Positions 1 through 12,980 of a stretch of DNA of 64,000 nt are shown one piece after another (position 1 is the first letter of the stretch; the number at the start of each line of letters is the position of its first letter). This DNA comes from Vicugna vicugna. Taxonomy: Eukaryota. The position numbers were made by a program, and so were the translations under genes. A model generated the notes under the pieces. It was not told the DNA's origin. It was given only the letters and a program-made list of their open reading frames with translations, and did no database searches. The stretch is taken from positions 62,001 through 126,000 of the forward strand of contig MU058453.1 in the NCBI GenBank assembly GCA_013265495.1. Reading direction: 5' to 3'.

Positions 1-650
1 GCGACAGCACCGCACCGCACCCGGCTCCCGGGAACAGACCATGACCTAAGGGCCGGTACGAGGTGTTCCGGGGCCGACCGGCGGCTTTCCCCCTCCCAAA
101 TACAGGGATGCCCTGCTTTCCCAAACCCAAATACAAAAAGCAGCGCAGACGCGGGGTTCAGGGACTACTAAGGGGGGGGGGCGCCCGCCTCAGGGTCCTG
201 AAAGGCGCCGCGGCCTGGGCCTCGCCCAGGCCTCACCCGCCAGCTCCGCGACCTGCACGCCTCCACCAGCGCCCCCTTACCTGCCCGGCGGCAGCAGCGG
301 AGGCGACGACAAGCGGCAGCCCATTCCCCAGGCCGCCTTCTTCTTCGGGAGCTGGCCTAGGAGAATCCAACTCCCACTTGGCTTCCACAACCTCTGGGTT
401 GGCTCCCGCGTCCGCGCGTCTGTGCGTCCGCGCAGGCGCGCCCCTCCTCCTCCCTCCGGCAGCCCGCACCCTCCGGCTGGGGCTCCTGCTGTGTAGGACC
501 TGGTGAGTCGGGCCGAGCGGGGCCACACTAGGCGGGTCTCCATCCTTAACGCCCCTACTCCAGCACCGACCAGGTCCCGGAAGCCAGCCAGAACCACCAC
601 CCGCCCCGGGTCAGACCACATTCAACTCCACTACCCTTGCTCGCCTCCCC
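1..650. promoter_or_regulatory. CpG-island promoter, probably bidirectional
   Basis: Very high GC and CpG density. Minus-strand donor CAG|GTAAGG (exon ends at 281) and plus-strand donor CTG|GTGAGT (exon ends at 502) point away from each other. Confidence 0.75.
281..440 (-). other. Candidate first exon of an unidentified minus-strand gene continuing left of the window
   Basis: Strong donor ccgggcag|gtaagg at 281/280 inside the CpG island. The 5' boundary is a guess. Confidence 0.5.
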
Positions 651-1684
651 TCCCCACCCCGTTACTGATCCCCCTCACCCCTAGCCAGGCCCAGCCTCCC
701 ACCATACCCACAAGACAGGGCTCCTCCTCCTCACACCGAGGTCCCCGTCCCCACTCTCCACCCCGCTAGGTACTGAGCTATGGCCTCTACACCCCAAGCT
801 CACCCCTCATGCCTCACCACAGGACCACCAACATCCCGAAATGATCGGTCACCCCTCAGCTGGGTCAATTCCACCCCGACCGGCCCCTTGCTCCTCACCG
901 CGGGATCCCCCCACTCTTCAAGTCCACCCCAACCCGGAGCTGACCGCCTCCTCACCTCTCACCCTCAGGTGGCGCAGGGAAGTCCGGGCTCAGGTCACTA
1001 TAGGACGGCCCCCAGCGGGTACAATACAGTGTCAGGATCCGGTACAGCTAGTTTCAGAGACCACAGGGCTCCAGTGGCCTGGCTGGAAGCGGTTCCAATT
1101 CCCGGGCGCCCTGACCCTGGTGCCCTATGCCTCGTCTGAGCTGGCGGGTCAGGGTGGTCCCTGGTTGCCCATCACTGGCCTGTGGGCCTTAGGTGGTTGA
1201 TGGCCCGGATGGTGATCAGGACCCGTAGGGCGGAGGCACTGGGCACACGGACCTGCAGGGGGGAGGGGGGAAGTGCGGCTGAGCACAGGGGGATAGACAG
1301 GAGGTGGGCCATATGCATGAGGCTCTGGGACAGAGGGAAGAGGGACGGGAGATTTAAAAGTGTCCATATTAGGAGCCCACAGCTGAAGAGCCAAGGAGGC
1401 AGCTGTGTTGGCCTGGCCACCTTAGAAACCGCCACGACACTGGTCCCTTGCATCCCCAGAGACTGCTGACTGGCCAATGAGACTTCCCCTGCCCTCCTCC
1501 CCCCTATATAGTTTACCAGCAATTGAAGGGACTTTGACAGGTCGTTTTAACCACCTGTAATTGCTACTTTGTGGAAGATCAGGTCCAAGTTACGGTGAAC
1601 CTGGGAGGGCTCCTGCCCAAACCCCAGCCTAGGGCAGAGGAGGACCCACCCAGACACATCCTCTTACCTCTCACCAAAAGGCAC

Positions 1685-2062
1685 TGTAGGAGGAAAGAAC
1701 AAACCAAGACTCCATATTAGATCTGTTCCTTTTCCTTTAACCCTGTGCCCTGTTCTCTAGGCTTAGTCTTGCTAGCTCTGCATCTTTTTATAGAACAATG
1801 TTGCCTTTAGCGTGAAATAGACAGGAGAGCCTATTCTTGGGGCTCTGACCTTTAAGGATGTCAGCACTTCTGCACTCCTACAAAGGTAACAAGCTGCAGA
1901 ATAGAAAACCACCTTTGTTTTGTTGGAGGTTTTACAGGGGCACCCTGACCTGACCCACTTGGACAGCTGCAAAGGGTTCCCAGAACAAAGAACTCCTGCA
2001 CCAAAAAGTATGCAACAACCAACCACACCCCCTCTCCTTTTTAGTAGAAAAAGAGCCTGACT
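1685..2062 (+). mobile_element. ERV1-like LTR fragment
   Basis: Starts tgtaggaggaaagaaca...gactccatattagatctg, resembling artiodactyl ERV LTR U3 sequence. Ends near a TATA-like agtagaaaaagagcctga. Confidence 0.5.
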
Positions 2063-2069
2063 TGGGGAA

Positions 2070-2510
2070 GTCAGCAGGCAATGTCCCCCACCCACCACCA
2101 CCAAAGGGTATTCATCTCAAATCAACTGAACTTGTGAATTCTACCTTAGAGGACAAAAGAGATGATTAAATTAAGGGTCACTAGAGGATCTGCTTATCCT
2201 TGATTATCTGAGTGGCCATAAATGCAATTATATGTATCCTTATAAAAGAAAAGCAGTTTTGAGAGAGCTAAAGATGATACGAAGACAGAGATGGAGATGG
2301 GAGTGATACAGCCACAAACCAAGCAACACCTAAAGCCACCAGGATCTGGAGGAGCAAGAAATGGTATCTCCCCTGCAGTCACCAGGGAAAGTTTGGCACA
2401 ACACCTTTATTTCAAAGTTCTGGCCTCCAAAACTGTGAAAAGATGAATTTCTGTTGTCTTAAGCCACCACATTCGTGGTGACCTGCTACAGCAGCTACAG
2501 GAAACTAATT
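2070..2510 (+). mobile_element. MaLR LTR (MLT1 family)
   Basis: Typical MLT1 motifs gatgattaaattaagg, ttctggcctccaaaactgtga, tttctgttgtcttaagccacc and acagcagctacaggaaactaat. Confidence 0.8.
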
Positions 2511-3244
2511 AGGCCTGTTTGCTTTCTTTGAAGGACTTTCGACACACTGTAAACTCAGGGAACTTACCACTCCAATCCTTTCTGATTGAAATAGTTTTCT
2601 TCTAGATATGCAAAAACTTTCTCCAGTTCTTTCCTCAAGTACCAGCTTCTGTGTAAGGTCTTCCCTGATCATGATCACCTTATTTAAAGCTGCAGTCTCC
2701 TAGCATCCCCCGTCCTCCTCTGCACTGCCCACCCCAAGCACTTAGGGCATACACTTTACTTATGAATGTATTCATCATCAACAGCAAGGCTAATGGAATG
2801 TAAGCTCCATCAGGGGAGGGGACTGGGTCTGGTTTGTGTACCTGGGAAATTCCAGCACCTATGTTAGTGCCTACAGGGAGGAAAACACCCAAAATAGATT
2901 AAGGAGTGCCAATGTGCCTGAGAGAATGAAGGAACCAGGCAGAGAACTGGAATCCTGACCACCGTGCAATCTTTGTTGCTCCTGAATTAGGTCGGTGTCT
3001 TAAAGTTTACACTTCATGTCGCTGTTTTCTTTTTTTCTTTTAATGTAATTTTATTCTCTTAACAGTCTATTTCCTTTCTTGTAACCTTGTTCAAATAAAA
3101 CGTAATGCTTTTGGTCAGAGTTGCAATATATTTAGTTAAATATTATTACTAACTCATTAAATATTTTATTAAATATGAAATATTTCACTAAATACTGGTT
3201 TTACATTTTCTCTAATTTTTACATTTTTAATTTTTAATATATAT

Positions 3245-3389
3245 TTTTATTAAAGTATAGTCAGTTTACAATGTTGTGTCAATTTCTGGTATACAGCACA
3301 ATGCTTCAGTCATACATAAACATACATATATTCATTTCTGTATTCTTTTTCACAAGTTACTACAAGATACTGAATATAGTTTCCTGTGT
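3245..3389 (-). mobile_element. L1 3' end fragment (camelid-type)
   Basis: ttttattaaagtatagtcagtttacaatgttgtgtcaatttctgg is the reverse complement of the L1 3' terminus also seen at 32.3-32.4 kb. Confidence 0.8.
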
Positions 3390-5085
3390 TTTTAATTTAG
3401 TTTTATTGATCATTGTATCCTTCTTTCTTTAGTCCTCTACCTACAACTTTCTATTATTAATTTTATCTCTTCATTTACATTTTATCCAAATTATCAGTGG
3501 AACAGTGATTGGAAGTATAGACTCTGAAATTATTGCATCCAGGTCTGAATCGCCCTTTGGTACTCACTAGACATGAGGCTTAGGGAAAATTCTCCTGGTC
3601 TAAAAAAATAGTAACAACAGTAAGCCCACATACAGGATTCTCATACAAATTAAAGACTGCGTATATTTTAAACTTACCTCACAGTGTCTGGTTTAGAGTA
3701 ATCCTAAAAAAACAATTTTTAAGTTTCAAAGTTTTTTTCATTACATGATTTTTATGTCTGACTTTTCCTTATTTATTTTATTATGGCAAGCAGACAGCAT
3801 AGGCATAAATTAAACATGAGAGTCATCGAGTTTTTAAAAGGCCAATTTACTGAGTGCCTTTTTTACTGTAAATTACTCATCCAGAGCACATCTCCATATT
3901 CATCTTCATTCATGAAATATGATCTATTACCTCAGATCTGTGTACTAATACCAGCACATGGATTGGGAGATATCATTAACATTAGCTTTTCAAAACAGGA
4001 ACATCTGTATTGTGAATTGTCATAAAGAAGGGAGAGGGGAAGCATTTTAAATTATGAAGTAAACTGCCCTAAAGGCTAAAGTTGGTGCCCACTATGGTTT
4101 ATGAAATATCTGTGCTCTGTCTGACAACCTACAGTAAAAACCTGTGGTAGGTTTTCAATCAGACAAAAGGAAAAACAGAATTTATTGGAGTGAGGCCACA
4201 TTTATCTAAATCAGCAGAGACATTTCCTACTGCAGTGACCTTCACTGTGTTTTGAGGACTACAACAGCACTGAGAAACATCATTTCTCTTAAATACATAA
4301 AATACCTTGAAATAATCTCTCTTTATCTCTTTCTTTCCCCTATGAGCAAGTATTCAAGACCTCATTATAAGGATTTCATATGTTTGACGTCACTATGCAT
4401 TTCTCTCCACCACCAGGAGCTAATCTTACATTTTACTGAAATGGTATACTTCTCCGAGAAATGTCATGTTTCTTTCCCTTGATGATCATCACTCAAAACA
4501 ACAGCTTTTTAAAATCCCACTGTGCTGACATCTACTGAGAGGTACATTCTTAAGATGCCGAATCAGTCAACATAATGGAAAACTTTGTTTAACAATGTAT
4601 AAACGCTTCGATATGGACAAAGTAAAGAGTCTGGGTAAACTAAATTCTTTTCTTCTGAAAGAGATATTGGACTGTTTTTTTAATCTCTTCATTTATTATA
4701 GATTACAATACAACAGACAAGACTCAATCTGATTTTCCAAGTCATTCTACAGGTCTTCACATCGTATTTTTTTTTCCAAGTTGTCAAATTTCAAAATAGT
4801 ATTTTGGAGTAAATATACTAATTTAAACTACAAGTGATTAAATTGAAAGCAATGAGATTTCCTTTTTTTGGAAGTGTAAACACGGAGTTAACCTCATCTT
4901 AGTTTCCCCTATCTTTCCATTTGGTTAAATTAACTTTTTTGTACTTACTGTTAAATTGTTATATATATTCTATTTACATTATTCTTAATTATTGTTAATT
5001 TAATAATATAAGCAGAATATGTTCTTCTATCTTTCATAACGTGTATGTGCACATATGTGCATATATATTATAAATAACAATATTT

Positions 5086-5420
5086 ATACAACAGGAATAC
5101 CACTCAGCCATAAAAAAAAGAACAGAATAATGCCATTTGCAGCAACACGGATGGAACTAGGGATCATCATTCTAGGTGAAATAAGCCAGAAAGAGAAAGA
5201 AAAATACCATATGATATCACTCGTATGTGCAATCTTAAAAAAAAAAAAAAGAAAAAGGAAAAAAAGGCACTATGAACTCATCTACAAAACAGAAATTCAC
5301 AGACATAGTAAACAATCTTATGCTTACTGTGGGAAAGAGGTGGGAAGGGTTAAATTTGGAGTTTGAGATTTAGAAATGTTAGCCACTATATATATATATA
5401 AAAACAGATTTAAAAAATTT
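5086..5420 (+). mobile_element. L1 ORF2 C-terminus / 3'UTR fragment
   Basis: Translates IMPFAATRMELGIIILGEISQKEKEKYHMISL, the L1 ORF2p C-terminus. Confidence 0.9.
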
Positions 5421-6304
5421 TTCCCTAAGAATTAGAGCTAACATCCTTACAGTGATGGACAAAGCTTAATGGATATACTCTGGTAAAAATTTTATTTTAA
5501 AACTCTAAAATCACATATTACACACATCCATGTTTAAAAACAACACAGATTATCCATACATGAACAAAAATCTATATATTTAAAACATTTCCACTATATC
5601 AAATGTCAAAAAAGAACAACTTTTAAGAGCACTGAGAAATAGAAAATCCTATGCTCAATTCACTTGTATTCCTTATTTGAATGTAAAAGCCAGATTTCTC
5701 TCAAATAAATATTCAAAAATATACAATCCTTTTAAACTTCTATGACTTGTCAATTTTTTGTCTTAATTGACCCATATTTATTTCTCATACTAAGTGATAC
5801 CAAGGCTAAGCTTTTTCAGAGAAAATTCTGATCATATCCCTGTTAAACTATCTCAATGACTTCACATTCTTCTCAGGATAAGACCTTGAACAGTGACTTC
5901 AATGTGCTGCATACCCTGGTCCCTGCCTCTCTAGCCACCTTCCCCGCACTGGGGTCACTGGGTTGGTTCTGTCCCCTTTTTTCTAATCTGTCCCCTTTTT
6001 TCTAAGTACCCTTATATTCACCGCTCTAATGCCTTACTGCCCCCGCCCCGAGAATGCTTGCCCATTCTTTGCAGTTCTATGCTGGTTTAATCATATTTTT
6101 ATATAATTTCATGTATGTCCGGCTATATAAATTTTAAGGCTTTCCACTATATTCTAGTATCTGTAAGGTTAGTCGCCTCCCCTATCACCTTTAATACTTG
6201 CTTAGCATATTTATGTTTGGATAAAATTAAAGGAAATTTTATTAAAATCAAAGCACCACAAAATATTTGTTGGTTTCATAGTCAGCATATTGATTTAACC
6301 AGTA

Positions 6305-6770
6305 TTACATGAACATGAGAGTCAGGGCACCTACTCTCCATACAGTTGCAAACTCATATATAATTTATAGTCAACTCTCCTTACATGGGGATTCCTCCAC
6401 ATAACAGTTTCATTCACAGCTGCAGTTCCACATCCTGGTATTCAACCAATCACAGATTGTGTGGTACTGGAGCATTTACTATTGGAAAAAATCAGAAGGA
6501 AAAGGAAAAAAGGAAAAGGAAAAGGAGAGAGAGAGGAAAAGAAAAAAAGAAAAGAAAAGAAAAGAGAGAAAGAAAGGGAGAAAGGGAGAAAGAAAGGAAA
6601 AGAAAGAAAAGGAAGGAAGGAAGGAAGGAAGGAAGGAAGGAAGGAAGGAAGGAAGGAAGGAAGGAAGGAAGAAAGAAAGAAAGAAAGAAAGACAGAAAGA
6701 AAGAAAGAAAGAAAGAAAGAAAAGAATCCAAGGAGAGTGGACCCATGCAGTTCAAGGATCAACAAACTAT
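6305..6770 (+). mobile_element. TcMar-Tigger non-autonomous element (Tigger1-derived MITE) interrupted by a microsatellite
   Basis: attcaaccaatcacagattgtgtggtactggagcatttactattggaaaaaatc ... gtggacccatgcagttcaa match the recalled Tigger1-type 3' end on both sides of the purine tract. Confidence 0.6.
6496..6724. repeat. Compound polypurine microsatellite (GAAAA/GGAA/GAAA)
   Basis: About 230 bp of almost pure purine, with (GGAA)15 at 6611-6670 followed by (GAAA)n. Confidence 0.97.
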
Positions 6771-6949
6771 ATTGTTATTTCTTATTTAGGACAAAGTATG
6801 AACTTCACATACTATTTATAATCAGTAACCTCACTAAATTTTTAATTGTATCATTCTTTTACTTCCTTTCTCATACTGTCCAGTTTACTACCATGTCACC
6901 AGCAAGGATAACTACCTTCCTTTGATTGTTGGCATCTATTGAACTCATC

Positions 6950-7370
6950 AGATAATCTCACCTTTTCAGTTAATAATATGGTTGATATATAGATTGTATA
7001 ATACTGAACCATCCATGCATGGCTGTTATAATCTACTGTATCATGGTATGTTACTCTATTAAAATGCTATAGAATTCTATTTATAAAAATATATTAAGTA
7101 ATTTTTCAATGATATTCATAAATAACAATAGCCTACTTAGATAGCTATTTTGGTATATTATCCTTTGGCAGGTATTTCTCTCAGTATCGTGATGGCCTTA
7201 TAAAAAGAAGCTGGGAGCTTTTCTTTCTGTCTCTGAAATCTACTCCTTAAAGCTTTCAAGTAATTCATCTGGTAAGCCATCTGCACTGACTGTTTCTTTG
7301 GCCAATTGCTTACTGACAACTTTCTATGTTTTTAACGTGGTCTTAGGTTTACTGGATTTTCTGGGGTATT
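6950..7370 (-). mobile_element. Old L1 ORF2 fragment
   Basis: Degenerate antisense L1 motifs (tgaaccatccatgcat, gatggccttataaaa, aattcatctggtaagccatctg). Confidence 0.6.
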
Positions 7371-7489
7371 TTTACTAATATAAAAGACACTAATGTTTGC
7401 CACCTTAAGTGGTATTCTCAACGTAACATTCTTTTTCATCCTAATAATCTCAAATGTCTTCAAATAATCATCCTTCCCAGGGCTCAAAG

Positions 7490-10400
7490 AACACTTCACC
7501 AATTCAGCCCTGGGGGTTTAAGGAAGATTGTAATGTTGTTACACACTTTCCCTCTTTCCTCCCTTCTCCCCAGCCCCCAAGAAGAGCAGCTCCTCTTCTC
7601 CTCCCTGGGTAGAATCAAGGAGGACTGGACCCCAGATGCCCAAATTGGATAATCTTCGGTAAAACGATGGAATAATAGAGCTAGACTACAATCCACGGCA
7701 GGTGTCTCCCTCAGAGACAGCCCTACCGTCAGCACCTGTCCGCGGTTTGGCCAGTGGCAGGGACCCACCCCCACATAGGGATCCAGAGGTCTCTAAGAGG
7801 CCCCTTCTAGCAGACAGTCACCCTTTTACCATATTAAATGCAGTTTGGACTCCAAAATAGAAACAACACTTATTTCTACTGCCTTGGGTGGGAGAGTGTG
7901 GGGGGAGGGGAGGATAGAAACGACACTGGCTGGTTCTGTTGGACATGAGTGCTCAGATCTCCCAAATCCCAGGAAGCACTTGTGTTTTAAGACCTCTTCA
8001 TACCGTCCAGGACATGACAGTTTTGCATCTTAGGACCAGGATCAATTAAAGGGGTAATTACTAGTTTAACTACTAAAATTGGCCCCAGTTTTATTAAAAG
8101 GTGCCTCTATCCTGGTTGTTCCCCCCCTCCCTGCCTCCAATATCCCTTTTCCCATTATTGGAATGGACCTCCTCAGTCAATAGTCAACCTTCTAGAACAA
8201 GTCTAAGTCTTTATCATAATGATAGGCACTGGTTGTCTAGTGGGAACCAGTTAACTTTCCTCTACAATGCAGGTGATAAACATACTACAATAGCAGCTAA
8301 TGTAAGTACTGAAGGATTATGGCCTGTCATAGCATAGTTAAGGAAGGGGTATTGATTCTTACATCTCACCAATTTCCTGGTATGTCCTGTGTTTAAAGCA
8401 CCGCACATGAGTGGAGAATAAGTGTAGATGATAGTTAAATGAGGCTGTTCCCTTTATCAGAGCATCTCTACCAATTCTCGCCTTAATGGATAACATTCAG
8501 AAGAACATGGGTATGCCTTGGGAGTTACAGATTTGGCTAACATGTTCTATTCAGTAAAAAATTCACAGGAGAGTCAACCACAACTTGTCTTCACCTTTAA
8601 GGGTCAATAGTACACCCTTCTCTGATTGCTTAAATAACTCTGAAATTGCACATGGGATTTGCTGATGAGACTTAAGACACCTGTCCCACACACCCACCAA
8701 AACGTTGATGTTGGCATTCTACTGATGACACCTTTCTCACTGGACCTGGCCAGTACTCTCTCTCCCAGACCATCACAGCTGTAAATAAACACCTCACTGA
8801 GAGGGAATGGACACCTGCATAACGTACAAGTCCTTCCCAGTCTGTTAAATGCAGGGGATACATCTGGAATTCAGAAAGGTAAACTATCCCCAATCGAGTA
8901 AAAGACAAAGTCCTAGCTGATGAGCCTTTCACAACATTTGGCAGGAATATTTGTATTCCACTACCAACCCACCCTTCACCTCTAAAACTTGACAGCCCTC
9001 ATTGAGCAAGTCACCCACAAGTCTTCCACTTCTCAGTGGAACCTGAATGACAACATACCCTAGATATACTGAAGTAGGCTGTTTCTTCACCCTCCAACTT
9101 GTACCTTGAGGACAGGATTTACAATCAGAGGTTATGACCACCCCAAAATTTGCTTGCAAGAGTCAAAAAGACAGGAAAATGCCTACCTATGGGTTTTTCA
9201 TGAAGGTGGCTCCCAAACTCAGGCCAAAGGTATTTTTACCACTAGAGAGGCAACACGTGGTGGTGTAGTGGGCACTCTCAATGCTGAAGCCCTTACTGGA
9301 CAGAGCCAATTACCCGATGCACTGAGATTCCCATTATGCACTAGATAATGGGAAAAGGTACCTGTACAACTGGATCAGCAACAGAAGCCTCCTTATTAAA
9401 ATGGAAATGGTATCACAGGTTTTAGCTAAACCGGGCTCTCCTGCAGTTTCATAGCTTCTTGAGGAAGTAGCCACATGCCCTGCCGTTGAGATTAACTTGA
9501 CAAACTTGCCTCTGACTCTTGTTCAGTGGGGACTGGAGAGAGGATAGTCGGCACTCTCAAAATAAGAAAAGCAGTGGGCTTTCTTCAACAAGGAAGAGAA
9601 TACGGGGTACAAGGGAGCCAGACTGTGGACAACCCGTAGCCCATCACCCCTTTTCAAACCCTCCAATTTCCATTTCAGGGACTGGGCCTAAGTGCCCATG
9701 GACTGTACAGTCTTCCTAGAAATAAGAAAATGTTTGTCAGGGGTACTCTAAGACCCGTATCTTTACGGACATCTGGTTAGTGCCTAACGAGCTAACTACT
9801 CGGTTGAGATTTTGGCAAAATCAGGGCTGGAAAATACAAGGGGCAGACATTTGGGTCAATTGATGCGAGAAAGAATTGCTACATTGGCTTTCACTCTGCC
9901 TATATCTTGGCTCACACCACACGAGAAACATAGGAGGCATGACACAAAGCCAAAGCTGACAAAGTAACCAAACCACCAAAGCAGGTAAGCCTCTTGAAGG
10001 AGGGAGAGTTTTTTCTAACTTTCAGATGGACCATCATACCCTTTCTATTGGTGGGTACATGAGAGGTCAAGGCTTTGGGACATCATTAGGTTATGAAAAT
10101 GGGTTGTCAGTGGGAGAGCCAACATAGCAGAGAAAGATTTATACCACACCATTAGAACCCACATGCCAGAAATACAGAATAAAATTACTTCATGGGAGGA
10201 GAAACTGACAAAGGAAAAGGACCACATCATACTGGCAAACTGATTTCACTGGGCATCTCCCAGGAGGGAGCCATTAAATATATTTCAACAATGGTGGATA
10301 CCTACAAAGCTCTTCTATGAGTTTACATGTGTAGGGTGCAAACCTCTGCTAATACTACTGAGGGGTTACCAACACAGCTTTACAGACTTTGGGCATGCCA

Positions 10401-12550
10401 CAAGTCATACACTCAGATCAAGGCTTCCACTTCATCACTCAATATGTACAATAAGGGACATTATAAAATACAAAGCTTTAAAGAAAAATCTATCCTATCA
10501 TGTTACAGTAGTAAGTATGAAAGAAAGATATAAGGAGATTTTAAAACAAGGGCTACTGAGAGACAGCCTCCCTCAAATGGTAAAACACACTACTCATAAT
10601 TCTGATTCCATTAAATTCACTCACACACACACACCCTGATGGCACAGCTATACCATATTTAAATGGACAATAAATGAGAGTATAAAGGGTGGTATTTATA
10701 CACACATGAGATACATCCACTGACCAGTTTTCACAGACATGGGAACCTTGACATTGCTGATTGATGCTCATAGCAAATAAACAATCATCTGGTACTTTCA
10801 CCTTCCCCTTTTTTCTCACGGAAAATCCAAAGCCTAGCCACTTATCCCTTGATCCTGAAACATCTGAGACCACCCTTAGCTGCCTCCTCCCATCATCCAG
10901 CATAAGTTGAAAAAACCACCCCCAATTATCTGGAGAGGGAGGCATTCTCACCTGCTGCCCACATACCCTGCTCAACTAAAAGCACTATGGAACAAACTGG
11001 GACCCACTCCCAACACCTAGGAAGTGGAACTCATCACCCCTGGACTGTATAACAGCAATCTGGCAACACCCAGAGGAAAATCAGACCTTCCACCACTGGC
11101 CACAGATGATTTCTGATGTTAACTCCTACCCTGTTGCTGTTCCCCTTCCTTCCCTGTGAAGTTCTCACTCTCACCAGTGTCTTCCATACATTCATTGCTG
11201 TATCACTCTAGCCCCGGTAACTTACATCATACTGCTGACCAGGTACGCCTAGAAACATCATACTACGTGCTGTTGTTCCCGGGGACAATGGGAGCCATGC
11301 TGTTGGCTAACTGGGTTGGTCAATCCCCCTAGCATGACCACCTACATCAACACTTCCCCCTATGTTTACTAGCACTAGCAACACCTATTCCCACAAAGCC
11401 AGACTGAGACACAGTATGTGTTTCTTAAATGCCTTCTAAACCCAAAGGCCAACTTTTCCTTCATATCAGATATACCCACTATTATTAACTTGTGCCATCA
11501 AAGGAACAGAACAATGGCCACTACACACCAAGTCTCTGTTAAGGAATGCCCTGAGATAATATGCAACCAATATTATAAGCAGATGCTCACAAATGGTGCA
11601 AATTAAAAACTCTGTAAGTCAGAGTCAATACCAACAAACAATACAGGATTATAGAGATAAAACTGTAGCTTCTTCTGATCCCTGGGATGATGATAAACAT
11701 AAACCCCACCAACAATGTCACAAATATTAGCCTCTTTTCCTATTAATTATAATAATCTCTCTCCCCATTCAGTATAAACCTCATCTACTGAGGTGGAAAG
11801 ATACTGCACTACCCAAGCGGCCACAGGCATCCTACCGTGGCCCTCCTCCCTGGCCAATCATCAGTATACACAAGGAAGGCAATGTCTACAGCATAGTATT
11901 ACCTGGGGCTGCAATTGTCTGAAAATCAGGGACTACAGCCATCTTGGGAATTCTTCCCTTATCTAACCTTCTCACAATACTAACTGAAATCTTTACTTAA
12001 CCCCCAAAGCAAGCAGGCCCTACAACAACAGCAACACTGTCTGCCTACAGTAAACAACCATAGCTCTTGGGTGTTATGGCAAAGACAATTCTTAGAAAAA
12101 ACTTTTGATCGCACCAGGAAATCTAACTGCTGTCTTCATGGGAGTTTCTCCACTCAAAACTGACAGCTACTTGCTTACAGCTGTTAGAAAATTTGCTGGG
12201 CTTACCAGGACCACCATTAAGAAGAATTTAGGAAATAAATGAGAGAAATCGCCATCCAATATTATTCTTCTGGGGGATCCTAAACGAATGTACACATACC
12301 CACCATACAGGAGACAGAACAATAATAAAAAGCACAGAGGCAAAGCTGACCTGGGAGGAAACGTACTGGTGAAGACACAGGGCCATCCTCCCTGGGGCCA
12401 CCCTGGCATATTACAGCTCTACAGTTCCCTGCTCAGAAACGCTTCCCCCAGTACAGAAACAAAGGGGCAAGTCGACACACACTGGGAAACAGCAATACTC
12501 TGATAAACAGGTGCACATATGGGCCAAATGTACAATCAAGTTGATATCGT
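7490..12550 (+). mobile_element. Decayed class III (ERVL-like) endogenous retrovirus: internal pro-pol region plus a possible env remnant
   Basis: Ordered degenerate motifs: protease-like FLYNAGDKHTTI (~8257), RT VTDLANMFYSV..SQPQLVFTFKGQ*YT (8524) and WHSTDDTFLTG (8712, YxDD equivalent), LLKWKWY (~9393), RNase H RIFTDIWLVPNEL (9756), integrase WQTDFTG (10233) and GMPQVIHSDQGFHF (10392). Many stops and frameshifts. Outer boundaries are approximate. Confidence 0.85.
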
Positions 12551-12742
12551 CTGTGAAATAAGTTGGCCAACTTTGAGGATCCCATATGTGAATGCCCCAT
12601 AGTTCAGGGCCTAACTTGGTGCATAGCTAAATTAATTAATAAAAACAGAAAGCAAATACTAAAGACTTTTATTTTTCTGAATATAATAATTTTCCATGGC
12701 CATAATTTTTCATTGGTGGGACAGAGATGCTTTAGCCTAGAA

Positions 12743-12980
12743 CAGGTTTCTCAACCTTGCATTATGATTATTTTGGGCCAAATAATTCTTTGTTTATTAT
12801 CCAGGGGTGCTCTGTGCCTTACAGGATGTTAACAGTTAGTTTCACAGGTCTCTCCCTACTAGAAGCAACTAGTGCCCCTCTCTTAGTTGTGACAATCAGA
12901 AACATCTCCAGAATTGACACATTTCTCCAAATTTGCTACGAAACAAATTCCACTCCTCCACTGGCATGGGAAACATGCTG
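12743..12980. mobile_element. MER20 (hAT-Charlie) DNA transposon fossil
   Basis: caggtttctcaacctt...gggccaaataattctttgtt...agttgtgacaatcagaaacatctccaga matches the recalled MER20 consensus. Confidence 0.8.

Noticed and set aside
63..1522. Overlapping 80-150-aa ORFs in the first CpG island
   Set aside because: Expected in GC-rich, stop-poor DNA. No recognisable homology and many rely on non-ATG starts.
6385..6925. Lys/Arg/Glu-rich and Phe/Leu/Ser-rich ORFs
   Set aside because: Translations of the GGAA/GAAA microsatellite.
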